Assembly: GCA_965261595.1 (NCBI GenBank)
Contig: CBDHDG010000006.1
Span: 704,001 to 768,000 of the forward strand
DNA length: 64,000 bases
Direction of reading: 5' to 3'
From: a bacterium
Lineage (GTDB): Bacteria > UBA8248 > JACPRG01 > G963555815
This document shows positions 8,926 through 18,846 of the stretch, in pieces (within the stretch, counting starts at the first letter, position 1; every line of letters begins with the position of its first letter). The notes under the pieces are model-generated. The model ran no database searches. It worked only from the letters and a program-made list of their open reading frames with translations, and was not told the origin of the DNA. A program made the position numbers and the translations under genes.

Positions 8926-10965
8926 TCAACTGTCCCGTCCACTCAGCCTCCGCAACCGGACGGAATCCCCCCGCTTCACGCCGAGGACGGAGCGTGCGGC
9001 GGCGTCGAGGAAGATTCGCTCCTTCGAGACCTTTCCCCCGAGGCGGATCCATGCCCGAAGCGGTATCCCTTGGCTCCCTACAAGCTCGACGACTTCTCCC
9101 GCCCTGAGTCGCAGGCGCGCGCGGACGCCTTTCCCCGCGTAGCAGACCCTGCGGCCTTCGAAGAACCCCTCCAGGTCATGCCTTTCGGTCTCCTCGACCT
9201 TGGCGAAAGACCCGCGTCCGAGCCCCCGCCTCCGCGCCCGGGTGCTCCGCCGGTCGACCTCCCCGTTCCGCCCGATGACCACGCCGTAGCGGTCCTCGGC
9301 CTCCCGGCGGGAGATGCACCCGGCCGCGAGGTCCGCCTCGACCTCGCCGACGGGGCGGGCGAGGGGGTTTCCGTATCCCGCCCCGCCCCCCGAGAGCAGG
9401 ACCAGCCGGTCGTCTCGGCGAAGGGGCATGTTCTGGCGCTTTCCCGGGGTTTCGAAGTGCATCTCCCGGCCCCGGCGAATGACCTTGGCCGCCGTGGATT
9501 TTCCCGGTTCGCCCCCCAGGAGACCATAGCAGGGGAGAACCGCCCGGTCGGCCAAAAGGGAATAGACCCCCGAACAGAGCAGGCGAATCCGTCTTTCAAC
9601 CCCCAGTCCTCCCCGCCACCGGCCGGCCCCGCCCGAATCGGTCCGAAGCGTCGATTTTTCCATCAGGACGGGAAATTCCGTCTCCAGGGCCTCGGCCGAG
9701 TGAATGCAGCGGGTGTCTCCCTCATCGATGGCGGCCATGACGCTCTGTCCGTCCGCGCCCGAATAGGCCCCGTTTCCGCCCTTGGGCCATTCATAGTAAA
9801 CGAAAGGACGGCCGGTCCGCGGGTTTACGCCCCCCACCATGTTGTGGAACGCGGTTCCGAATTGATCGGCCGAGACACGCTCGGGGATCGCCTGCGCGAG
9901 GGCGCCCATGACGAGAGAGATGACCCGCTTACGCAGCTCCACGAACCCGCCGACCGGCGCGGGACGCCGGGCGTTGACGATCGTCCCCTCGGGGACGATC
10001 AGCTCGACCGGCCGGAAGGCGCCGTGGTTGACCGGAAAATCCGGATCGAGGATCGCCTTGACGGGGATGAACACCCCGCTCGCCGTCACCCCGTAAGAGG
10101 AGTTGATGGGGTGAGGGACCTGGAGAGAGGATCCGGTGAAATCGGCCGTGATGGAACGATGCTTGACCTCAAGGTGGATGCAGGCCCGCACGGGCTTGAA
10201 CCGTCCCCCCTCGAACGTTTCGAGGTAGTCTTCGTAGAAATATTTCCCTCGCGGGATGGTCTCGATCTGCTCGCGTATCCGCTCCTCCGCCCGGTCGAGC
10301 GACCGCCGGATGCACCCGGAAAGGACCCGCGAATCATAACGTTCCAGGAGCTCCTGAATGCGAAGCTCGGCCTGTTTGCACGCCGCGAGGCACGCGCGAA
10401 AATCCCCCTTTCGGTCTTCCGTGAGACGGACGTTCGCGAAGAGCAGGTCCAGGGCGGCCTGGTTCGGACGGCCCTCGTTGTAGACCCGGATCGGCGGGAT
10501 GACGACCCCTTCCTGATAGATCTCGGTGGCGGCGCCCGAGAGGCTCCCCGGGACCATCCCCCCTACGTCCACCCAATGCGCCCGGACCGAGGGGAAGAGA
10601 AAGAGCTCCCCTTCCGCGAAGACGGGCATGGCGACCATGACGTCGTTCAGGTGAGTGCCGCCGAATGTGGGGTCGTTGAGCATGAACACATCGCCGGGCC
10701 GGATCTCTCCTTTGAAGGTCTCCATGATGTGTCGAATGGACCACGACATGGGAAGGACGTGCCCCGGGAGGTCTTCGGACTGGGCCACGAGCTGACCCTC
10801 GGTGTCGAAGACGCTGCAAGAGAAATCGTGCCCCTGGCACACGACGGAGGAGTATGCCGTGCGGATGACCGTCACCCGCATCTCCCGCACGACGCCCATC
10901 AGCACCTCGATGACGACCTCGAGGGTGATGGGGTCGATGGGGTGGTTTTGAGAATTATCCATCAT
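8926..10965 (-). CDS. Hydantoinase B / 5-oxoprolinase B family subunit (paralog 2)
   Basis: Same motifs as 3459..5534 and highly similar along its whole length. Confidence 0.92.
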   Translation of the reverse strand: MMDNSQNHPIDPITLEVVIEVLMGVVREMRVTVIRTAYSSVVCQGHDFSCSVFDTEGQLVAQSEDLPGHVLPMSWSIRHIMETFKGEIRPGDVFMLNDPTFGGTHLNDVMVAMPVFAEGELFLFPSVRAHWVDVGGMVPGSLSGAATEIYQEGVVIPPIRVYNEGRPNQAALDLLFANVRLTEDRKGDFRACLAACKQAELRIQELLERYDSRVLSGCIRRSLDRAEERIREQIETIPRGKYFYEDYLETFEGGRFKPVRACIHLEVKHRSITADFTGSSLQVPHPINSSYGVTASGVFIPVKAILDPDFPVNHGAFRPVELIVPEGTIVNARRPAPVGGFVELRKRVISLVMGALAQAIPERVSADQFGTAFHNMVGGVNPRTGRPFVYYEWPKGGNGAYSGADGQSVMAAIDEGDTRCIHSAEALETEFPVLMEKSTLRTDSGGAGRWRGGLGVERRIRLLCSGVYSLLADRAVLPCYGLLGGEPGKSTAAKVIRRGREMHFETPGKRQNMPLRRDDRLVLLSGGGAGYGNPLARPVGEVEADLAAGCISRREAEDRYGVVIGRNGEVDRRSTRARRRGLGRGSFAKVEETERHDLEGFFEGRRVCYAGKGVRARLRLRAGEVVELVGSQGIPLRAWIRLGGKVSKERIFLDAAARSVLGVKRGDSVRLRRLSGRDS

Positions 10966-11345
10966 CGGATCCTGAGAAGAGCCAATCGCGAAATGGGATG
11001 CGAAGCGAGCGAGCCTTCACGGCGGATGGATCATACCAGACCCGGATTCGGTGATGGGCTCCGCCGCGATGGGGCATCGTCGCGATGAGGGATTGGGAAA
11101 TCCACGCCATGTCCATAGCCGGCGGCGGTCAAACCGCACCGGTGCGACCCTTGAGAATCCGTTGACAGGGTTGATGGGGAAAGTTCAAATGGGTTCAAGG
11201 AATGACGCGGCCTGGAACGCGCGGCGTCGCGAATTGATATGGGGATAACGCCATTCAGCCGAAACCATGTTTTCTTTCGGTCTTGGGGGGAAATTTTTTC
11301 GACCCCTGGTTTGATAGTTGAAACGGGCCATGGAGGGCTTGAGCC

Positions 11346-12077
11346 GTGGGCAAGGTCATTACATTGATTTACGGCCTCGTCTGCTATGTCATCTTCTTCT
11401 TGACGTTCCTTTACGCAATCGGGTTTATCGGCGACATTGTCGTTCCGAAAACCATCGATTCCGGCTCATCCGCGTCCGGCGGCGCGGCTTTGTGGGTCAA
11501 TATCCTGCTTCTTGCGCTTTTCGCCGTCCAGCACAGCGTCATGGCCCGGCCCGGGTTTAAAAAGGTCTGGACGAAAATTGTCTCTCCGTCCGCCGAGCGC
11601 AGCACCTATGTGCTTTTCACCTGCGTTGTCCTGATTCTTCTTTTTTGGCTATGGCAACCCATGCCCGGCGTGATCTGGAGCGTTGAGAACCCCGCGGGCC
11701 GAATCATTCTTTGGGGCCTGTTCTGGATCGGGTTTTTGATCGTTCTCCTGGCGACTTTCATGATCAGCCATTTCGAGCTGTTCGGCCTGACCCAGGTTGC
11801 CAGGGGCCTGAGCGGCGCCTCCGAGCCGCCCCCGAGATTCAAGGCGCCCGGTTTCTATAAAATCGTGCGCCACCCGATCATGACGGGGTTTATCATCGCC
11901 TTCTGGGCGACTCCGACCATGACTTCGGGGCGCCTGCTCTTCGCCATGATGACGACGGCCTACATCCTCGTCGCCCTCCAATTGGAGGAGCGCGACCTGA
12001 TCTCTTTCCTCGGCGAGGAGTACACGAATTACCGGAAAAAAGTCCGGATGCTCATCCCGATACCGAAGAAGCAATAA
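11346..12077 (+). CDS. mddA: Methanethiol S-methyltransferase (isoprenylcysteine carboxyl methyltransferase family)
   Basis: LYAIGF...VVPKTIDSG...FAVQHSVMAR..FK...ERSTYV...HFELFGL...RHPIM.GF...WATP.MT...LEERDL. Confidence 0.85.
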   Translation: MGKVITLIYGLVCYVIFFLTFLYAIGFIGDIVVPKTIDSGSSASGGAALWVNILLLALFAVQHSVMARPGFKKVWTKIVSPSAERSTYVLFTCVVLILLFWLWQPMPGVIWSVENPAGRIILWGLFWIGFLIVLLATFMISHFELFGLTQVARGLSGASEPPPRFKAPGFYKIVRHPIMTGFIIAFWATPTMTSGRLLFAMMTTAYILVALQLEERDLISFLGEEYTNYRKKVRMLIPIPKKQ

Positions 12078-12326
12078 GCCCGCTCCGGCAGTCTTCTCCG
12101 GGATAAGCCGGTTGCGCCCATTGCCTGTCCAGCCCGCGTTTCTCACAACCCTTATGTTGTGGAGAGCACCAACAGGACGAGGACCGTCAGGGAAGGCTGA
12201 ACGGGATGGCGGGTGGGGAGACCGACCGCGTGGGGCCGCAGATTCCACTCGTGGTCCGCGGCCTTCCGCTCCCCTTCACCAAGCGTGCGGGTATCATCCG
12301 GTCCAACGGCCCCACGGGCCGTCAGG

Positions 12327-13208
12327 TCAGGTCAACCGCCGGCGAAGGTAGGAAGACAGGAAGTCCACGGCGGTGACGAGGACGAAGATCACCGCGATAA
12401 GCACCAGAAGCTGATCTTGCAAAAAGAGGCTGATGGCGATGTGCAGCTTCAGGCCGATGCCCCCGCCGCCGATGATCCCCAGGATGGTCGCCGTCCGGAT
12501 GTTCACCTCCCAGCGGTAAAGCGTGTAGGCCAGAAGCTGTGGGAACGCCTGGGGCAGCAGTCCGTAAAGAAAGATCGAGAACCGGCCCGCGCCGGTCGCC
12601 TGGAGGGCCTCGATAGGCCGGGGATCGACGTTTTCCAGGACCTCCGCGTACAGCTTGCCCAGGACGCCCCCGGTGTGCAGGCCCAAGGCCAACACACCCG
12701 CGAACGGCCCAAGTCCCACGGCGAAGATGAAGACGATCGCCAGGACAATCTCCGGCACGGACCGGAGGACGGCCATGGCCGTTCGCGCCGCCCAATAGCC
12801 CGCGTAACGCAGCCGCCCCGCCGGGGTCCCGGCGCCCGCCCTCTCGAACAACACCCCTCGGACCATGAGGTTCTCTGAAGCGAAGGCCATGAGGACGGAG
12901 GCGATGATCACCGCCAGGACGGTCCCCATGATCGAGATCGCCAGCGTCTGGACGGCCGCCCAGGCCGCCCCCCCGAGGAACTTCAGGCTGGTTTCCGGCG
13001 GCCATAGACCCGAGACGAACTTCCACATCTGGGCTCGGCCCTCTTCGCCGATCAGATCTCTAATGTTGGCTTCCGTTCCGGAATAGCTCCACGCCAGGAC
13101 CGCCAACAGAAGCAGACCGCTCCCCCAGGTTTTCCACGAAACGCCCGGGCGCTTCGGGATGGCGGCGGAGAACGCCGGTTCGCGGCTCACAGCCGGCCCG
13201 CGGCTCAC
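12327..13208 (-). CDS. phnE: PhnE-like ABC permease 2
   Basis: LRSVPEIV...GLGPFAGVLA...LGKLYAE...RWEVNIR...LGIIGGGGIG. GTG start overlaps the upstream stop. Confidence 0.85.
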   Translation of the reverse strand: MSRGPAVSREPAFSAAIPKRPGVSWKTWGSGLLLLAVLAWSYSGTEANIRDLIGEEGRAQMWKFVSGLWPPETSLKFLGGAAWAAVQTLAISIMGTVLAVIIASVLMAFASENLMVRGVLFERAGAGTPAGRLRYAGYWAARTAMAVLRSVPEIVLAIVFIFAVGLGPFAGVLALGLHTGGVLGKLYAEVLENVDPRPIEALQATGAGRFSIFLYGLLPQAFPQLLAYTLYRWEVNIRTATILGIIGGGGIGLKLHIAISLFLQDQLLVLIAVIFVLVTAVDFLSSYLRRRLT

Positions 13209-14068
13209 AGCACCCGCCTCCGGACGAACGCGCACAATCGGTCAATCCCTGTCACCATGACCAGGAGGATCAGGATGAGGGTCAGGGTTTCGTGCTGGTT
13301 GAACATTCGCATCGAGATTTCGATCTGCTGGCCGATTCCCCCGGCCCCGACGAACCCCAGGATGGCCGCCGCTCGGATGGCGCACTCCCACCGATACAGG
13401 GCATAGGAGACAAGGTTGGGCAGGGCTTCGGGGAGGAATCCATACAGAAACGTCGAGAACCTGGACGCCCCGGTCGCCTGGAGGGCCTCGGCGGGCCGGG
13501 GGTTCACGCCCTCGAAAATCTCGGCGAACACCTTCCCCAGAATTCCCCCGTAGGCGACGCCGATGGCCAACACCCCGGGAAAGGGACCCAACCCCACGGC
13601 CCGGACGAAGATCAGCGCCCAGACAAACTCCGGGACCGCGCGCAAGACGTTCAGGACGAGCCGCGCCGCGAGGTAGGGGATAAACCGCAACACCTTATGC
13701 GCCGGCCTGCCCTCGACCTCTCTGTCGTGGAGCACGCCGGTGAACGAGAGGTTGCTCGCGGCGAAGATGGCCAGGGGGAACCCGATCGCGACGGCCAGGG
13801 CGGCTCCGAGGACGGAGATCTGGATGGTCTCCAGGGCGGGGCGCAACGTGAATCCGAGGAATTCCGCCGACAGATCCGGAGGGAACATTTCGCCGAGAAA
13901 AGAGAGGAGCCTGCCCCGCCCCTCGCCAAACAGCAGCGCTCCGGGGCGCACCTCGGCCATGCGCCAACTGGCCGTCACCGCGGCCAGGAAAATAAAAAAG
14001 GCGACGAACCGAAAAACGGATTGAGGGGGTCTAGCCGGAATGGCCGCCGGAGACACGGATGGGCTCAC
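13205..14068 (-). CDS. phnE: PhnE-like ABC permease 1
   Basis: RAVPEFVW...GLGPFPGVLA...RWECAIR...GFVGAGGIG. Confidence 0.85.
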   Translation of the reverse strand: MSPSVSPAAIPARPPQSVFRFVAFFIFLAAVTASWRMAEVRPGALLFGEGRGRLLSFLGEMFPPDLSAEFLGFTLRPALETIQISVLGAALAVAIGFPLAIFAASNLSFTGVLHDREVEGRPAHKVLRFIPYLAARLVLNVLRAVPEFVWALIFVRAVGLGPFPGVLAIGVAYGGILGKVFAEIFEGVNPRPAEALQATGASRFSTFLYGFLPEALPNLVSYALYRWECAIRAAAILGFVGAGGIGQQIEISMRMFNQHETLTLILILLVMVTGIDRLCAFVRRRVL

Positions 14069-14852
14069 TGTCAGGGACGGCGGCTAAGGAGAGAAAGTCC
14101 CGCCGCGCCTCCTCCATTTTCGGGGGGTAGAGCGCTTCAAGGTCGGCCGGGGAGATGTCCTCCGGCGCCCGATCGAAAAGGATCCGCCCCTGGCGGACGC
14201 CGACCACCCGCGGAAAATGTTCGAAGGCCAGCTCCACGCCGTGGAGGTTCATGGCCAGCGTCTTGCGGCCCTCCTCGCTCAGGCGAACCAGAAGCTTCAC
14301 AATCCCCTCCGCAAGGGAGGGGTCCACCGAGGAGACCGGCTCGTCCGCGAGGATGGCCGAGGGGTCCTGAATGAGGACCCGGGCGATGGCGACCCGCTGA
14401 CGCTCACCGCCGGAAAGGTCATCCGTCCGAGAAAAGAGTTTCTCAAGGATTCCGACGCGCGCGAGGACCGCCCCGGCGGCCTCGAGGTCGGTGGGACGGA
14501 TCAGCGACCGCAACGCCTGAGCGGCCCCCCAGGTCCCGAGACGTCCGGCCAGGACGTTGTGAACCACCCGGAGCCGGCCGACCAGGTTGTGGTGCTGGTA
14601 AACGGTCCCGATCTTCCGCCGGGTCTCCCGCAACCGCCTGCCCCGAAGACCGGCCACGTCCTCTCCGTCGATTCGGAACTCGCCGTCCGTGGGCTTGAGT
14701 GTGCAGTTGAGGACGCGAAAAAGGGTGGTCTTCCCGGCCCCGCTCGGGCCGATGAAGGCGACCCGCTCCCCCGGCCGGATTTCCAAGTCAATCCCGTCCA
14801 AGGCGACTTCGCCGGTCTTGAAACGCTTTGTCACCCCCCGTAACGTGAACAT
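14031..14852 (-). CDS. phnC: PhnC-like ABC transporter ATP-binding protein
   Basis: Walker A GPSGAGKTT, signature LSGGERQRV, Walker B ILADEP, NVLAGRLG. Confidence 0.88.
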   Translation of the reverse strand: MFTLRGVTKRFKTGEVALDGIDLEIRPGERVAFIGPSGAGKTTLFRVLNCTLKPTDGEFRIDGEDVAGLRGRRLRETRRKIGTVYQHHNLVGRLRVVHNVLAGRLGTWGAAQALRSLIRPTDLEAAGAVLARVGILEKLFSRTDDLSGGERQRVAIARVLIQDPSAILADEPVSSVDPSLAEGIVKLLVRLSEEGRKTLAMNLHGVELAFEHFPRVVGVRQGRILFDRAPEDISPADLEALYPPKMEEARRDFLSLAAVPDSEPIRVSGGHSG

Positions 14853-14876
14853 TCAAACCTCTTGAAGAGTCGAAGA

Positions 14877-14981
14877 CCTTGGGGGGACATTTTGAAAACT
14901 GTCCCCCCAACTCCCCCCTCGAAAACTTTCGTTTCGCGATAGCGTGCCGCCCTTCGGGCGGCACGCTATCGCAAGAACTGG
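14877..14981 (+). repeat. Structured dispersed repeat (two hairpins), copy 1
   Basis: GGGGGGACA...TGTCCCCCC hairpin, CCCCTCGAAAACTTTCGTTT linker, then a 17-bp perfect stem (14936-14972). An inverted copy lies at 42170-42279. Confidence 0.85.
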
Positions 14982-15245
14982 TTTGTCCACCTAGGTGATG
15001 GGACCGCGCCCAACAAACGATCTGGGGACTCACCGTTTCCAAGCGCGGGTAAGGCCAAGCCATCAGGCTTGGCCACAAAAAGTTTTCCCAACCCCTGGGA
15101 GGGGGCGGAACGCGCGGCGTCAGGATTCGTCACTGGCGCGCTTGGTTGATCAACCTACAGATGATGTGCGCCGATCACATTGTTTAAACACAAGCACCTT
15201 CATCCGCGGCTTGGCCGGCACGCAAGTGCCCCCCCCTGGGGATTT

Positions 15246-16133
15246 TTACATGCTCTTACCCTTTTTCAGCAGTCCCGCAGCGATGGCGGCGGACTCGATG
15301 GCGGCGAAATCATCCTCGGTTGCCAGTATGTAACCCTTCGCCCGCTGGAGGTCCATGACCTTTCGGTGTTCCGGGTTCGCGTAATCCAAGCGCAGGAACG
15401 CGTGGACGATCTTGCTGACCAGCCGCCGGTCCAGACCGCCCCGGGCCGTCCAGTTGTAGTCGACGTATCCGGGCGTCGTCCAGATCACCTTCACCTTGCT
15501 GAGATCGACCTTTCCGGCCCGGACCAGCCTGTCCCACACGGCCTCGTTCAAGACACCGGCCTGGACCTGTCCGGCCTCCACCCATTTGGCCGTGGCGTCG
15601 TGCGCCCCGCTGTAGCTGAACTTCTTGAAATCGCGCTCGGGAATCAGCCCATTCTTCAGGAGGAAGTACCGGGGCATCAGGTGGCCGGAAGTGGAGCTCA
15701 CGCTTCCGAAGGCGAAGGTCTTTCCCTTCAGGTCCTTCAGACGCCGGACGCCCGAGTCTTTGTGGGCGATGAACTTGCTGTGGAAGTCCGCGTCGGAAAG
15801 CCGCATGACCAGCGCAATGGCGTTTCCGGTTCGCTTTCGGGCCTGGACGTGGGTGAAGCCGCCGTACCAGGCCAAATCGATCTTCTTCGCCGCCAGGGCC
15901 TCTACGGTCGCCGCGTAATCGACGACGGGGATGAACTTGACCTTCATCCCGAGCTGCTTTTCCAGGTACCTCACCAGGGGTTTGTTCTTCCTGAGCAGCT
16001 CCGTCGGGACCTCATCCGGGATGGCCGTCACCCGGAGAACCTTCGGCGTATCGGCCGAGACCGTCTGGACAAGATGGAAGAATATTCCCGCGAGGAGCGC
16101 CCATCCCACCGATCCCAAAGCACGTCTCATCAC
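15246..16133 (-). CDS. PhnD-like substrate-binding protein, putative selenate ABC transporter type
   Basis: AIPDE.PTEL.RK..PL..YL, DLAWYGGFT, FGSVSSTSGHLMPR, YSGAHDAT, TPGYVDYNWT. Confidence 0.8.
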   Translation of the reverse strand: MMRRALGSVGWALLAGIFFHLVQTVSADTPKVLRVTAIPDEVPTELLRKNKPLVRYLEKQLGMKVKFIPVVDYAATVEALAAKKIDLAWYGGFTHVQARKRTGNAIALVMRLSDADFHSKFIAHKDSGVRRLKDLKGKTFAFGSVSSTSGHLMPRYFLLKNGLIPERDFKKFSYSGAHDATAKWVEAGQVQAGVLNEAVWDRLVRAGKVDLSKVKVIWTTPGYVDYNWTARGGLDRRLVSKIVHAFLRLDYANPEHRKVMDLQRAKGYILATEDDFAAIESAAIAAGLLKKGKSM

Positions 16134-16217
16134 TTTTCGCTGTCCCTAAACACAGAGCCGTTGGGAAGTGGAATCCCGGCATCACCGGACGGAGACTTAC
16201 TACCATTATATATCTGA

Positions 16218-16242
16218 TATTCCTATGCAACAAATCGGAATA
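16218..16242. promoter_or_regulatory. Palindromic operator candidate TATTCCTAT-N7-ATCGGAATA
   Basis: Near-perfect inverted repeat about 85 bp upstream of the ABC operon; a related site lies at 63565-63586. Confidence 0.5.
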
Positions 16243-16293
16243 CCCAATGAACGGCTTTAGATCTATAGAAATTTTCGATTCCGGGATTTCATC

Positions 16294-17349
16294 TCATACC
16301 TTGAACCGGAAAAGGATGACGTCTCCCTCTTGGATGACGTACTCTTTTCCTTCGAGTCTCAGGAGCCCCCGCGGACGCGCGGCCGCCCAGGAGCCGGCCC
16401 GCATCAGGTCCTCGTACGAAACCGTCTCGGCCCGGATGAATCCCCGCTCCAGGTCCGAGTGGATCGCGCCGGCGGCCCTCACGGCGGGCATCCCTTTCAG
16501 GATCGGCCAGGCGCGGCTTTCCGGCTCCCCGGTCGTCAGAAACGTGACCAGCCCGAGGAGGTCATACGTCATTCGGATGACGCGCTCGCGCGAGAAGGTC
16601 TCCACGCCCATATCCCGGGCGAACTCCTCGATCTGGTCTCCCATTTCCAACAGGTCCATTTCGAGCGCCGCGCAGAATGAAGTCCAGGCGGTCCGGGGCT
16701 GAGAAACGGTTTCTTTTCGGTCCTCCGGGAGACTGAAATCCCGCTGGTCTTCGCCGGTGTTGAAGACGACCAGCAGGGGTTTTGCGGACAGGAAGGCATA
16801 CCCGCGCAGACGTTTTTCGTCCTCCGCTTCGAAATCGAGGGCCCGGAGGGGAACGCTCGCCTCCAGGGCTTCCCGGCAGCGGACCAACACGTCCCGGTCG
16901 GGGATGAGGTCCTTTCCGCCCTTGGCGATTTCCACTTCGAGCCGCTCCATTCGCCCTTCGATGATCTGAAGGTCGGAGACCATCAAGTCCGCGTGGACCG
17001 ATTCCAGCTCCGCGGCCGCGTCGGGGGGCGGCGCGCCGGGGGCCTCCGGAAAGGCGCGAATGACAAGCAGAAGGGCGTCGGCGTCCCGGACGCCGGACAG
17101 GAACCGGTCGTCCATCTGCCGCCCGCCTTCCCCCAGGCCGACCAGGTCGGCATATTCGATGGCGGCGTAGGTTTTCTTTTTCGACGCCGACAATTCAGCC
17201 AGCCGATCCACGCGGGGGTCGGGGACGTGGACAACGGCCAGGCGTGTCTCGGCCCGTCCGCCGGAGCGCAGGTCCGCCCCGGCTTCGGTGAGGGCGTTGA
17301 AGACTGTGGTCTTGCCGCTCCCCGGCAAGCCGATCAAAGCGATTTTCAA
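16294..17349 (-). CDS. ychF: YchF/Obg-family ATPase (DUF933 C-terminus)
   Basis: GLPGSGKTT, VPDPRVD.L, AAGAIHSDLERGFIRAE, EGKEYVIQEGDV. Confidence 0.88.
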   Translation of the reverse strand: MKIALIGLPGSGKTTVFNALTEAGADLRSGGRAETRLAVVHVPDPRVDRLAELSASKKKTYAAIEYADLVGLGEGGRQMDDRFLSGVRDADALLLVIRAFPEAPGAPPPDAAAELESVHADLMVSDLQIIEGRMERLEVEIAKGGKDLIPDRDVLVRCREALEASVPLRALDFEAEDEKRLRGYAFLSAKPLLVVFNTGEDQRDFSLPEDRKETVSQPRTAWTSFCAALEMDLLEMGDQIEEFARDMGVETFSRERVIRMTYDLLGLVTFLTTGEPESRAWPILKGMPAVRAAGAIHSDLERGFIRAETVSYEDLMRAGSWAAARPRGLLRLEGKEYVIQEGDVILFRFKV

Positions 17350-17439
17350 ATACAGACTCCTTGTGAGAATAGGGGAAAACCCGGGGAGGACGGACTCAAC
17401 CGGAGGGGGTGATCGGGACGGCCCCCGGAAAAACCCTTT

Positions 17440-18846
17440 TCACTCCGCCGCGGGCATGCCGCCGGTGACCTGGAAATCGTCGATCAGCATCGCCGGGACG
17501 ACGCACGTCGCGCCGCCTTCCCAGGACGCCCTGACGCGCTCGCGCTCCCGGCTCATCGCCCGGATGTTTCCGAACGCCTCCAGCATTCCCTGCGTAAACC
17601 GAAGGTTGTAGAGGGGGTGTTGGATTTTTCCGTCCTCGACCCAGAACGCCCCGTCCCGCGTCATGCCCGTCATGAGAGCCGTGGGGGAGTGAAGCAGGCC
17701 GTTCACGTAATGGAACCGCGTCACCCAAACCCCCCGCTCGATCCCGGAGGGGAGGTCATCCAAGGCCGTCCCGCCGGGATCGACGAACAGGTTCCGGGGG
17801 AGCGATTCGACCGAAAGGTCCAGAGACGCGGCGTGGCCCGAGGGGTTTCGATTGGCCCGGCTCGCCTGAGCCGAGTCCATCACGACGCCCCGGGCGATTC
17901 CGTTTTCGATGAGGTCCACGGGGCGCTTCGGATTCCCTTCCGCGTCGAACGGGATCGGCAGCCCCTCCTTGTCTTCGCCGTCGTCCCGGAGCGAGAAACG
18001 TCCGCCCGATATTTTCTCGCCGATCCGGCCGCTCATGAACCCCCGCCCGTCCAGGTGGGCCTGGGCGCCGAGGCCGATGAACGACATCCACTCCAGGACC
18101 TCCGCCACGCAGGGCGGCTCCAGGAGGACGGTGTACCGGCCGGGGTCCAGGGTGCGCGGCGAGACCGACAGGGCGCACTTCCTCACAGCCCGCCCGGCGA
18201 GGGCGGCCAGGTCCAGATCGCCGACCCTCGGAGAGAGGCCGTGGGCGTAGCCGGAGGGGGTGTAGTTCCCGTCCCGATCGCCTTCGGCGATGAGGATCGT
18301 CTCGGCGAACGTCCGGGCGGCGTAGGCCCGGAGGCCCGCCGTGTTGGCGGCGGCGCGCTCCTCCCCCCACGTGCCGAACACGCCCGCAATCGTCTGCCCG
18401 CGCTCCGCGGCGATCCCGAAGGCCCGGGACAGGGCTTCGGCCCGGCCGGCCGCGCCGAAGGCGGCCGTCTCGCCGTCCGTCGGCCCGTCCGGCCCGCCCG
18501 CCGCGTCCGGCGCGTCCCATGGCTCCGCCACCGGGCCGAGGTGGTCGGCCTCGGGCGATACGCGGGCTGCGCGCACGGCGTCCTCCAGCGCGCCCCGCAG
18601 GGCCTCGGGCGTCAGGCGGTTCGTCGAGGCCGCGCCGACTTTCCGCCCCAGGGCCGCCCGGACCGAGATGGACAGGGAGGTCTCCTCCGCGCTCTGGTGA
18701 ATCCGCGATCGCGCGCACCGGGCGTATCCCCCCGAGCGGCGGACGAGAAAGACCTCGACCCGGTCCGCGGGGGGATCCTTCAGAAGGGCGTCGAGCGGGG
18801 AGAGGGCCCGGCCGGCCCCGAGGGCGTCGTGTTCGGGACCCGGCAT
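17440..18846 (-). CDS. TldD/PmbA family protein (PmbA/TldE-like)
   Basis: PGRYTVLLEP, PFDAEG, TGMTRDG, LRFTQ; no HExxH. The start overlaps the tldD stop (TGATG). Confidence 0.85.
   Translation of the reverse strand: MPGPEHDALGAGRALSPLDALLKDPPADRVEVFLVRRSGGYARCARSRIHQSAEETSLSISVRAALGRKVGAASTNRLTPEALRGALEDAVRAARVSPEADHLGPVAEPWDAPDAAGGPDGPTDGETAAFGAAGRAEALSRAFGIAAERGQTIAGVFGTWGEERAAANTAGLRAYAARTFAETILIAEGDRDGNYTPSGYAHGLSPRVGDLDLAALAGRAVRKCALSVSPRTLDPGRYTVLLEPPCVAEVLEWMSFIGLGAQAHLDGRGFMSGRIGEKISGGRFSLRDDGEDKEGLPIPFDAEGNPKRPVDLIENGIARGVVMDSAQASRANRNPSGHAASLDLSVESLPRNLFVDPGGTALDDLPSGIERGVWVTRFHYVNGLLHSPTALMTGMTRDGAFWVEDGKIQHPLYNLRFTQGMLEAFGNIRAMSRERERVRASWEGGATCVVPAMLIDDFQVTGGMPAAE

Noticed and set aside
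13180..13212. Short duplication CGCGGCTCACAGC at the phnE-phnE junction
   Set aside because: A small local duplication of the stop/start overlap with no evident consequence
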